Positions 51,245 to 59,078 of a DNA stretch of 64,000 nt are shown here, piece by piece. The notes beneath the pieces were generated by a model. It made no database searches, was not told where the DNA came from, and saw only the letters and a program-made list of their open reading frames with translations. The position numbers were made by a program, and so were the translations under genes. Location of the stretch: assembly GCA_038206475.1 (NCBI GenBank), contig JBBRAU010000003.1, forward strand, positions 13,852 through 77,851. The letters run 5' to 3'. The first letter of the stretch is position 1, and each line of letters opens with the position of its first letter. Source of the DNA: Patescibacteria group bacterium (GTDB taxonomy: Bacteria; Patescibacteriota; UBA1384; JBBRAU01).

Positions 51245-53651
51245 CGAGCAGGCGCTGCGCGCCCATTTACAGCGACATTTGACGTTGGCGGCGACTATCG
51301 GACGTCCAGCGGTCGGCTGGTTATGCACCGCTGCCGCCGCAATGGGACTTGCCTTCGGGCTGCAAGGGGCGGTCATCGGCTGGTTGCTGCTTGCGGGCAT
51401 GCTGCCGTTGCTCAGCTTCAGTTTATTCGCGCGGATTGGAGCACGTCATTTGCGCGGCCAGGCGGGCAGTCCGCTTACCGTGCTGACCCCACACGCTGCG
51501 GCCGCGGCCTTAAGCAGTCAATCCGTCGATCAATTATTGTCCAAACTGACTGCTACCTCCAGCAGCGGCTTTGTTTTGGCTCGGCTTGGTTTATCACCCG
51601 AGCAATTTCCAGAGGTGCGGCAGCCGTTGCAGCTAGCGCCGCTCTTGGCCGCTAGCGCAGCCCTTGCGGAACAAACTGGCGATACCGAAATTGGTGCAGC
51701 CCACCTGCTAGTCGCGCTCATTATGAGCCAACCGACTTGGCAAACGGCACTAACAGCGGTCAAGCTGCAGTCAGACGACCTTATGCATGTACTGGAGTGG
51801 CAGCGCCGCAGCGAGCGCCGTTTCGAGGAGGCAAAGTTGGCCTGGCGCAAGGCTAAGGTGAAAACCGGCGGCGGTCTTGGTGGTAACTGGTCAAGCGGCG
51901 CCACGTACACCCTTGATCGCTACGCCGAAGATATTACCGCCGATGTAGCTGAGGGGCGCCTGCCTCCACTATTCGGCAAAACCGCCATGATTGCCTCACT
52001 TGAACAGGCTCTGTCCAAGAGTGAGGGCGCCAATGTCATTTTGGTGGGTCCGGCCGGCGTTGGCAAAGAAGAGATTGTGCTTGGTCTGGCGGGGAAGATG
52101 GCCAGCGGCCAGACGGTACCGGCTTTGCAGTATAAGCGGTTATTAAAATTAAACGTCAGTGCCGCCCTGTCAGGTGCTAATGGCCAGCAGGAGGTCGAGA
52201 GTCGTCTGGTTAGTTTACTCAACGAATCGACGCGCGCTGGCAATATCATCATTTTTATAAATAACTTGGCGACACTACTTGGCACCGGCGACCAAAAAGG
52301 CGCGCTGGGCAGTATCAACGCCGGCAATTTACTGCTGCCGTACTTGCAGGCACACTCTATTCAGCTCATTGGTACGGCCACGCCGGAGCTGTATCGCCAG
52401 CGCCTTGAGCAGATGCCCGAGCTCACCGGCCAATTTGTTACCGTTGATGTCCCAGAACCCACCGCCGAGGATAATCTCAAAATTGTCGAGGAGGCCGTAC
52501 CGGCAATGGAGCAAAAAAACCACGCCCTGGTGACCTACCAAGCGGTTGCCGCCGCAGTTGAGCTAGCCGACCGCTACATTCACGACGTACCATTCCCAGA
52601 GAAAGCCATTTCGCTACTTGATCAGACCGTGGTCAGCCAAACGGCGCTGCGCAATCAACCGCTCATCACCAGACAGTCGGTTGAACAGACGGTGTCTGGC
52701 TTGACGCACGTGCCGGTTGGAGAAGCCAGCCGCGACGAGAAGCACGTTTTACTCAACTTAGAGAACGAGCTGCACAAACGTATCATTGGCCAAAACCAAG
52801 CCATCGAGGCGGTGGCTGATGCTCTCCGCCGCGCTCGAAGTGGTTTGTCGCGTGGCAGCCGGCCAATCGGCTCTTTCCTGTTTATTGGACCGACCGGCGT
52901 CGGCAAAACCGAAACGGCCAAGGCTTTGGCCGCCATCTATTTTGGTGACGAGCAGGCAATGTTGCGCTTTGACATGTCAGAGTACCAAGAAGATGGCTCG
53001 ATCAGCCGTTTAATTGGCGGGCCGGGCGAGAGCGGCCTTTTGACCCAGGCGGTGCGAACACGACCGTTTGCGCTCATTTTGATTGACGAAATTGAAAAGT
53101 CGTCCCCAGGTGTGCGGGATCTCTTCTTACAAATTCTCGACGACGGTCGCCTGACCGACGGCCAGGGTCGCACAGTTGATTTCAAGAACACGCTTATTAT
53201 TGCCACCAGTAATGCTGGCGCCGAGCTGGTGCGCGAGGCGCTCATGAAGCAAACGCCAGCCGCTGAGCTGAAGACTAGTCTGCTTGACTATCTGCTGCGC
53301 CAGGGCGTCTTTAAGCCAGAATTTTTAAACCGCTTCGATGGCGTGGTGGCCTTCTTGCCGCTGACTCTAGAAGAGGTTGAGCAGGTCGTCCAGTTGATGC
53401 TGGCCGACATTAATCGCGGCCTAACCGCTCGACAGGTGACGGTGATTTTGTCGGCCGCGGCGGTGCGCTATATTGCCGAAACTGGTTTTGACCCAACGCT
53501 CGGTGCACGGGCATTGCGTCGTCGGCTGCAAGAGACGGTCGAAGACATATTGGCTAAACAGCTGCTATCGGGCCAGGTCAGCCCCGGCCAAACGATTACG
53601 ATTGATCGGCCGGATTTGACGCCGGCGGCCCAAATTGGAAACTCTGTCTAA
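51237..53651 (+). CDS. Membrane-anchored ClpA-like Hsp100 AAA+ protein with degenerate D1 and intact D2
   Basis: Two N-terminal TM helices, then Clp_N-like repeats (AAHLLVALI). D1 Walker A is GPAGVGKEE and D1 Walker B is IFINNLA (DE replaced by NN). D2 Walker A GPTGVGKTE, Walker B LILIDEIEKS, sensor-1 ATSNAG, Arg finger GARALRR. No ClpB/ClpC middle domain. Confidence 0.8.
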   Translation: MPDEQALRAHLQRHLTLAATIGRPAVGWLCTAAAAMGLAFGLQGAVIGWLLLAGMLPLLSFSLFARIGARHLRGQAGSPLTVLTPHAAAAALSSQSVDQLLSKLTATSSSGFVLARLGLSPEQFPEVRQPLQLAPLLAASAALAEQTGDTEIGAAHLLVALIMSQPTWQTALTAVKLQSDDLMHVLEWQRRSERRFEEAKLAWRKAKVKTGGGLGGNWSSGATYTLDRYAEDITADVAEGRLPPLFGKTAMIASLEQALSKSEGANVILVGPAGVGKEEIVLGLAGKMASGQTVPALQYKRLLKLNVSAALSGANGQQEVESRLVSLLNESTRAGNIIIFINNLATLLGTGDQKGALGSINAGNLLLPYLQAHSIQLIGTATPELYRQRLEQMPELTGQFVTVDVPEPTAEDNLKIVEEAVPAMEQKNHALVTYQAVAAAVELADRYIHDVPFPEKAISLLDQTVVSQTALRNQPLITRQSVEQTVSGLTHVPVGEASRDEKHVLLNLENELHKRIIGQNQAIEAVADALRRARSGLSRGSRPIGSFLFIGPTGVGKTETAKALAAIYFGDEQAMLRFDMSEYQEDGSISRLIGGPGESGLLTQAVRTRPFALILIDEIEKSSPGVRDLFLQILDDGRLTDGQGRTVDFKNTLIIATSNAGAELVREALMKQTPAAELKTSLLDYLLRQGVFKPEFLNRFDGVVAFLPLTLEEVEQVVQLMLADINRGLTARQVTVILSAAAVRYIAETGFDPTLGARALRRRLQETVEDILAKQLLSGQVSPGQTITIDRPDLTPAAQIGNSV

Positions 53652-54453
53652 CCTGCTCAAGTAGCGGCTTATAGATCGTGCTTTTGCCGGACGGCACTGT
53701 CAGCGTTAACACTGTGACGGTTTGTGCACGCAGCGTAATTAGCTGTAGGTTTTCAAGTTCCAGATTGTCGAAGCGGTAACTCGCGCTAATGAAGATGGCT
53801 GGCTGGCCGCCGAGCGTGGTTTGGGTTTGGCTGTCCGCCTGGTAATTGGCTAGAGCACTGGGCAGCGCGATAAGCTGGCGAGTTACGTACTCAGGTAGCG
53901 TATCGGTCACGCCACCTTCGCGGCTAACGGCCAGGTTGGGGTAGAATGGGCCGCTCTCTAGGCGGTTGCTCAAAAAAACGACCAAAGCACCGGTCGGCGG
54001 TGCTGATTTGACGGTCCAGCCGGCTGGAGCTGTCAGACGAAAATCGGGCCCACTGTAGACGAGGGGAGTGGCGCTGCCGGTAGGCAGTACCGTAGTTAAG
54101 CTAGCCCCGGTATGGAGGTGGACAAACCAACCGAGGGCAGACACGCTCAGCAACAAAAAAATACTGACCAAAAGCAGCAGGCGACTACTGCTTCTCTCGG
54201 CTGTTTGTCGCGCCAGCGTGCCGCGCGATGGCCTCTCCCGCTCCACTGATTGCTTAGGTAGCCGTAGCATCGGCGTGACTGGCGCAGGCGTCGCCAGTGC
54301 CGACACGGGCGGCGCAAGAGGGTTGAGCAGCAGTGTCAGTACGCTATCTGGCCAACCAGCCGACTGCAGTCGCTGGTAAATAGCACCGTCGGCAAAACCA
54401 AGCGCCCGGCACTCTGCCACATACAACCCCAGCTTCTCATTTGCTTCGTTCAT
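53596..54453 (-). CDS. Hypothetical bitopic membrane protein (cytoplasmic N-domain, TM, extracytoplasmic C-domain)
   Basis: Single TM (LLLLVSIFLLLSVSALGWFV). Convergent 56-nt overlap with the Clp-like gene. No family recognised. Confidence 0.4.
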   Translation of the reverse strand: MNEANEKLGLYVAECRALGFADGAIYQRLQSAGWPDSVLTLLLNPLAPPVSALATPAPVTPMLRLPKQSVERERPSRGTLARQTAERSSSRLLLLVSIFLLLSVSALGWFVHLHTGASLTTVLPTGSATPLVYSGPDFRLTAPAGWTVKSAPPTGALVVFLSNRLESGPFYPNLAVSREGGVTDTLPEYVTRQLIALPSALANYQADSQTQTTLGGQPAIFISASYRFDNLELENLQLITLRAQTVTVLTLTVPSGKSTIYKPLLEQVRQSFQFGPPASNPADQS

Positions 54454-54595
54454 CCTATAGAGAGTTTCATTAACATCTTCTTCAGTATACAGCGGCCAGG
54501 CCAGCCCGACTAGTCGGCAGACGTGAAATATGGTACTTTATGTGCAACCAAAGTGACGGCAGTCGAGCTATGGCTAGAGTGCTGTTATCAATATA

Positions 54596-54672
54596 GGGCG
54601 ATTAGCTCAGCTGGTTAGAGCGCGTCACTGATAATGACGAGGTCAATGGTTCGATCCCATTATCGCCCACCA
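54596..54672 (+). tRNA. tRNA-Ile (anticodon GAT)
   Basis: Cloverleaf folds cleanly: acceptor gggcgat/atcgccc, anticodon loop cuGAUaa, T-loop ttcgatc, encoded CCA. Confidence 0.9.
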
Positions 54673-55158
54673 AGAAAAAGAAAAAATCCCGCCGGCTACC
54701 AAGCTTGGCGGGATTTTGGTTGTTTGGTCGCCAGCGAAGCTTTTGAAAGGGAACCCGTCAGCCCGTGGCAGCTTGTTACGGCTTAACCGAAATGTCTCTT
54801 GAATGCGCTTAGCGATCCGGTCGACCTCGGCGCGGATCTCTGGTGGCAGTGCTTTGTATTTTCGTTTGCCGTATTTCCCGAGGAGGTGCGGGCCGACCCG
54901 ATATGTCCAGATCGGAGTCCCAGCGACGATATCGTTGGCAATGAAGCAGGTAGTCAGAATCTCTGTGAGATGGGGACAGTCATGGTACTGAGGATGGCAG
55001 GTGAACTGGCCGAAGACCGTCGGATTAGCATCGGCCGCAGCGTCGAAGCAAGCTGCCAGGTCGGTGTTGCGTTCGAACTGAACTCTCCGACCCAGTTTGT
55101 GCAGTGTGGCGATTACCAGGTCGCTGGAGTCCGGGGTGGATCTGAGGACGTGGCTCAT
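54643..55158 (-). CDS. Hypothetical protein; its 3' ~50 codons run antisense through repeat B, the tRNA-Ile terminator and the tRNA-Ile 3' end
   Basis: GAGAGG RBS upstream of the ATG at 55158. Cys/His cluster (CHPQYHDCPH). The C-terminal reading through a tRNA gene suggests a remnant or readthrough extension. Confidence 0.3.
   Translation of the reverse strand: MSHVLRSTPDSSDLVIATLHKLGRRVQFERNTDLAACFDAAADANPTVFGQFTCHPQYHDCPHLTEILTTCFIANDIVAGTPIWTYRVGPHLLGKYGKRKYKALPPEIRAEVDRIAKRIQETFRLSRNKLPRADGFPFKSFAGDQTTKIPPSLVAGGIFSFSWWAIMGSNH
54681..54720 (+). terminator. Rho-independent terminator directly after tRNA-Ile
   Basis: AAAAAatcccgcc-N13-ggcgggatTTT. Confidence 0.6.
54735..54785. repeat. Copy B of the ~45-nt conserved motif
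   Basis: Matches 10330-10380. Here it lies inside the 3' part of a minus-strand ORF. Confidence 0.5.
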
Positions 55159-55320
55159 AAGTATGCCTCTCAGGGAGAAGGTGCGACGACCGTTTAGTTG
55201 TACCGTAAATTGAACAATCTGGCCAGTATTTCACTAGCACACAGGCGAGGCTTGTGCTACGCTCAGGCCAAATAACCAATTGCCGCAGACATCTCGCGGC
55301 AGACAAAGACAAGGAGTTCG

Positions 55321-55797
55321 ATGGATCAAACCACCCTTCTGCTCTTGCTCTTTTTCGTCTACCTGATTATCGGCGGTGCCGTCAGTCTGGTAGTCGTCCT
55401 TGAGCGGAGTCGTGAGCTGGGAGACGGTGCGTACCGCTTCTCGCCAACTAAGGCCTTCCTGCAGCACGTTGCCACGCTTGGCGCGGCCCTGATTTGGCCA
55501 TTCTTCGCCAGTAGTATGGCACAAGCAATTGGTAAAAATGAGGCACAAAGCTTCTGGGTGATGATCGCCGCGGCGGCCGTGGCCTGGGTTGCCAGCTACT
55601 TCTTGGCGGCCAAGCCGGTCATTGCTCGCTCCGCCCTGTTTGGTGGCCTGCTGACCCTACTGCTGTCATTCTCCTTCTACACGACAAGCCTTAGTCAGGC
55701 AGAGAAAATTGTTGTCCCAGTTGTCGCCATACTCGTCCTGGTCGCGGCCGCGCTCTGGCCGACAATGTCCGGCAAATCGGTTAAGGAGGTGAAATGA
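55321..55797 (+). CDS. Polytopic membrane protein, hypothetical
   Basis: Four hydrophobic helices. 4-nt overlap with the next gene. Confidence 0.4.
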   Translation: MDQTTLLLLLFFVYLIIGGAVSLVVVLERSRELGDGAYRFSPTKAFLQHVATLGAALIWPFFASSMAQAIGKNEAQSFWVMIAAAAVAWVASYFLAAKPVIARSALFGGLLTLLLSFSFYTTSLSQAEKIVVPVVAILVLVAAALWPTMSGKSVKEVK

Positions 55798-56315
55798 CAT
55801 CCCGCAGTTTCACAAGTTACCCGTGGATGCTTGGTGCTGTTATGGCCTTATCGGCTGCTCTGATGACCATCGTGGTGGGTCAAAGTGTCGTAAAAGCGCC
55901 AACCGCACCAAACATTCCGACACCAACTTGTACGCCAGGGTCGTATGACGCTAGCGGTAAGTACCAAGAGAACGCTGACTGTACCAAAGAGTACACCTCC
56001 TACCAAGAACAATCCTCAAAAACTAACGCCAGCTATCAGGCTGACAAGAACAAGGCAGACCAAAAACAGGCTGGTTTGGTGGTGCTGATCGCCATCGTTT
56101 TGGCCGCCATCAGCTACTGGGCTAACACCAAAACGGCCGTCTTGCGTGGTTTGGCCGTCGGCGGTATTGCTGGCGTGGTCGGCTTAGTGCTGATGCAGTT
56201 GCCCGGCTACTCTTCAGCGCTGCGCGCCACTTCGCTCGGCCTTATCCTGCTGGGCATTTATGCCATGAGCTGGGCGTGGCTGGAAACGGATTTGACCGGC
56301 CCGAAAGACGCATAG
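55794..56315 (+). CDS. Membrane protein with an extracytoplasmic Cys-containing loop, hypothetical
   Basis: N-terminal TM, a ~70-aa Cys/Tyr/Gln-rich loop (PTCTPGSYDASGKYQENADCTKEY), then two C-terminal TMs. Confidence 0.4.
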   Translation: MTSRSFTSYPWMLGAVMALSAALMTIVVGQSVVKAPTAPNIPTPTCTPGSYDASGKYQENADCTKEYTSYQEQSSKTNASYQADKNKADQKQAGLVVLIAIVLAAISYWANTKTAVLRGLAVGGIAGVVGLVLMQLPGYSSALRATSLGLILLGIYAMSWAWLETDLTGPKDA

Positions 56316-56322
56316 TCGGCGC

Positions 56323-56898
56323 ATGCCAATCCGGAGGGGACTGACATTAATTTATACGGGGGACGGTAAAGGTAAAACATCCGCCAGCTTAGGACTTATC
56401 GTTCGTGCGGCGGCCCAAGGTAGTGCCCCCACTGGAAGCACGGCTTCCAGTGGGAAGCCCTGGCGGATTGCCTTTTTGCAATTTATTAAACAATGGGACT
56501 TTCTATCCGAGCACAAGACACTGCGTGACCGCTTTCCGGAAGTGACACATGAACTATATGGCGAAGGCTTTGTCGGGATCTTGGGTGACAAGAAGCCGCG
56601 GCAGGTTCACGAGAAGGCGGCGATGGCCGGCATCACTCGGGCCAAGCAGCTGCTCACCGCAGAAAACTACGATTTAGTCATTTTGGATGAGATTTGTGGC
56701 ACCGTAACCGGCAATTTAGTGCCGGAAGCGGCGGTACTTGAGCTAATGGACGCTAAACCAGCCGCCGCCCATTTGGCGCTAACCGGCCGTGGGGCCACGG
56801 CAGCAATGATCGCCAGGGCTGACTTAGTGACCGAGATGCGTGAAGTCAAGCATCCGTTTCAGCAGGGCATTCAAGCCCAGCGCGGCATAGACTTTTAG
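56323..56898 (+). CDS. CobA/CobO/BtuR-family cob(I)alamin adenosyltransferase-like P-loop protein
   Basis: LTLIYTGDGKGKTSASLGL matches the family P-loop. ...YDLVILDE Walker-B-like. Contains a Ser/Thr/Ala-rich insertion. Confidence 0.65.
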   Translation: MPIRRGLTLIYTGDGKGKTSASLGLIVRAAAQGSAPTGSTASSGKPWRIAFLQFIKQWDFLSEHKTLRDRFPEVTHELYGEGFVGILGDKKPRQVHEKAAMAGITRAKQLLTAENYDLVILDEICGTVTGNLVPEAAVLELMDAKPAAAHLALTGRGATAAMIARADLVTEMREVKHPFQQGIQAQRGIDF

Positions 56899-56914
56899 TG
56901 AGTAGAGGGAAAGC

Positions 56915-57394
56915 ATGTTAATTATTCCGCATATGTTGGCTGGTGCGGCCATTGGTACGCTGGTGCCTAATCCGTATCTGGCATTCCCGCTGGGCATCGC
57001 CTCGCATTACGCGCTTGATGCCTTGCCGCACTGGGATACTGGTCAAGTTCGCAAGCGTAAGGCGGATGGCGGCGTGCCAGAGCAGTTTGAACGGTGGGAA
57101 TTTCCGTTTGCAGCGCTGGATATTCTGTTCGCCCTGGCGCTCACCTGGTATTTTTGGCAAAGCCATGGCCAAGCGCCCGGCGTACTGGCTGGCGGTCTCG
57201 GTGGGCTGTTGCCGGATGCACTGGACAATGTGCCCTTCTGGAGCCCTCGGTTGCGTAAACTGCCGCTGTTTGCCAAAATCGCATCCTGTCACGAATGGGC
57301 GCACTACCCCACACTGCCCAGACGCGAGCTATGGTTGGGCATCATATCGCCGACCATCGTCGTCATCCTGGCGCTAGGCTGGCTGCTGTCATGA
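56915..57394 (+). CDS. Membrane-bound metal-dependent hydrolase-like protein (YdjM/DUF457-like)
   Basis: ASHYALDALPHWD His/Asp motif inside TM helices. Confidence 0.4.
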   Translation: MLIIPHMLAGAAIGTLVPNPYLAFPLGIASHYALDALPHWDTGQVRKRKADGGVPEQFERWEFPFAALDILFALALTWYFWQSHGQAPGVLAGGLGGLLPDALDNVPFWSPRLRKLPLFAKIASCHEWAHYPTLPRRELWLGIISPTIVVILALGWLLS

Positions 57395-57609
57395 ATTTCT
57401 TCTGGCGCCTCATTATTTCGGTCGCCGCCTTCGGTATTGGCTATGTGGCGCTGACCGGAACCCTGCCAATTGTCCGCATATTTGGTAAGATGCCGCTAGC
57501 GGAGCAGTACGCCGGCCAAGGCTCCACCTATTTGGCTTGGAAGCTGATTGGCATCGCCCTCATGGCCTTTGCCGTGCTGTATCTGCTGGGTTTTGTTCAC
57601 CTGTGGTGA
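57392..57609 (+). CDS. Small two-TM membrane protein, hypothetical
   Basis: ATG at 57392 overlaps the upstream stop. 72 aa. Confidence 0.3.
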
Positions 57610-57853
57610 AGGAAGCGAGGCTCGCTCGAAACAGAAGAATCACGTAAGCCATGAGATAAAGCTTATTTGGTAATAATCTCACACTTCGTTCGAGAACATT
57701 GCCAAACTTACTAGCTCTTTCAAGCCAGTTCCGGAGTTGTGCTCCGAACAGAAAAAAATAGGCCCTTATTACGAGCGAAAGCGAGTAAAAAGGGGTAATA
57801 TACATAAACTACTGGGCCCTTATGGCGTAGCCAAAAGGGACCGAGCGTAGCGA

Positions 57854-57929
57854 GGGCCCTTAGCTCATTTGGTAGAGCGCCGCCTTTGCATGGCGGAGGT
57901 GGCCGGTTCGAGCCCGGCAGGGTCCACCA
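57854..57929 (+). tRNA. tRNA-Ala (anticodon TGC)
   Basis: Acceptor GGGCCCT/AGGGTCC with the G3:U70 alanine identity pair. Anticodon loop uuUGCau. T-loop ttcgagc. Encoded CCA. Confidence 0.9.
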
Positions 57930-57930
57930 A
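57912..57930 (+). repeat. Direct repeat copy 1 (gcccggcagggtccaccaa): the 3' T-arm/acceptor end of tRNA-Ala
   Basis: Identical 19-mer recurs at 58105-58123. Confidence 0.75.
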
Positions 57931-58104
57931 TGGCTTGTCATCCCGCAGGGATGGTATGCCATTGGTGAGTCTGGTAGGGGAAGATATCACCGCGTAGCGG
58001 AAGGTTCGGTCACGAGGCCGAAGGCCGATTGGGGGTACCCGGCAAGCCAGGGTTCCCATGACAGCTAAGCTGGAAATGGGATGCCCGTAGCGCGCCAGGG
58101 GTCT

Positions 58105-58123
58105 GCCCGGCAGGGTCCACCAA
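58105..58123 (+). repeat. Direct repeat copy 2: duplicated tRNA-Ala 3' end (att-site-like), 175 bp downstream of the tRNA
   Basis: Perfect 19/19 match. The upstream context does not fold as a tRNA. Confidence 0.75.
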
Positions 58124-58150
58124 ACAAAGCACGCCTAAGGAATTGAAGAG

Positions 58151-58465
58151 ATGAGCGAAAATCAAGATGGACTGAGATCAAAACAGGGTGGAACAGGCAT
58201 TGGAGAACGGCCGCCAACCAACAGTGAAATGTGGGAATACGTAAAAAAAGGGCGAGCTGAGCAGGAGCGAGAGAATAGGGCGATTAGGGCAGAAATTCGA
58301 AGCGGAGTGAATCTGATTATCATTTTAGCATCTGCTACGTTATTGGTTACTATTTGTGGAGTCGTGATCTCAATATTCATGATTAGTTTGGACGAGGTGA
58401 AGAACACTCAAAATGTATACCATGAATATTTACAGACTATGAAAGAAATACAGAAAAACAAATAG
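58151..58465 (+). CDS. Hypothetical small membrane protein (charged N-domain, single TM) on an AT-rich island
   Basis: AAGGA RBS. ~42% GC against ~59% genome background. No family recognised. Confidence 0.45.
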   Translation: MSENQDGLRSKQGGTGIGERPPTNSEMWEYVKKGRAEQERENRAIRAEIRSGVNLIIILASATLLVTICGVVISIFMISLDEVKNTQNVYHEYLQTMKEIQKNK

Positions 58466-58473
58466 GGAGTCGC

Positions 58474-59031
58474 ATGCAAGAGGACGAAAGCGACTTGAGC
58501 CAATATTTAAAACAAATACTTGAATTTATCGAAAAGGCTCAAGCAACAGGACCAGATAAATTTTTTGCGCAAACCGCCAATGCGGGAAGAGTTTTTTATT
58601 TGGCCTTAGATGCAGCTTTGACTACTCATGCAGTCTTCGCCAAGATGTCCTTTGGCCCTGCGGAATTATCAAGTGTAGACATTACTCACATCGAAAATAT
58701 GGGATGGTTATTAGACAGGTCATATTTGAATGACACCTACGTAGCGGCTGTTAAAACCAATTTTATTCTTGATTTGTGGATTTGCGTGAGGGAGAATTTG
58801 AACTCGCAACAGGTTTCCGAAAACAGCTTCCTTTCCAGTTTCAAGGTCGTCATTAATTCTATTTTTAATGGATCAATTGTGACCGATGAAATTCGGATCG
58901 ATCTTGATGCAGAGCAGCCAATAGTGGCAGACGTGGGACAACCAATTGACTTTATGACTCTAGAAACAATTTTGCAGCTGGCAAATAAGCTTCAGTTGGA
59001 AGTCGCTACATTACTTAGAAAAAATACGTAA
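58474..59031 (+). CDS. Hypothetical soluble protein (185 aa) on the AT-rich island, co-operonic with the previous gene
   Basis: GGGAG RBS. 8-nt intergenic gap. Low GC. No recognisable motif. Confidence 0.45.
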   Translation: MQEDESDLSQYLKQILEFIEKAQATGPDKFFAQTANAGRVFYLALDAALTTHAVFAKMSFGPAELSSVDITHIENMGWLLDRSYLNDTYVAAVKTNFILDLWICVRENLNSQQVSENSFLSSFKVVINSIFNGSIVTDEIRIDLDAEQPIVADVGQPIDFMTLETILQLANKLQLEVATLLRKNT

Positions 59032-59048
59032 CTAAGTATCGCCATCTC

Positions 59049-59078
59049 TTGACACGTGTGGGCTGAGCGTGGTACCTT
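59049..59078 (+). promoter_or_regulatory. Candidate promoter (TTGACA-18-TACCTT) with the same cTTGACAC(A)CGT context as the 16S upstream region
   Basis: Lies ~530 nt upstream of the 23S mature 5' end. Followed by an AT-rich stretch at 59330-59470. Confidence 0.25.

Noticed and set aside
57932-58125. Possible second tRNA or tmRNA-like gene ending in the duplicated ...GGTCCACCA
   Set aside because: Only the terminal 19 nt match the tRNA. The upstream sequence lacks a TPsiC loop and a pairable acceptor 5' strand. Better explained as an att-type direct repeat.
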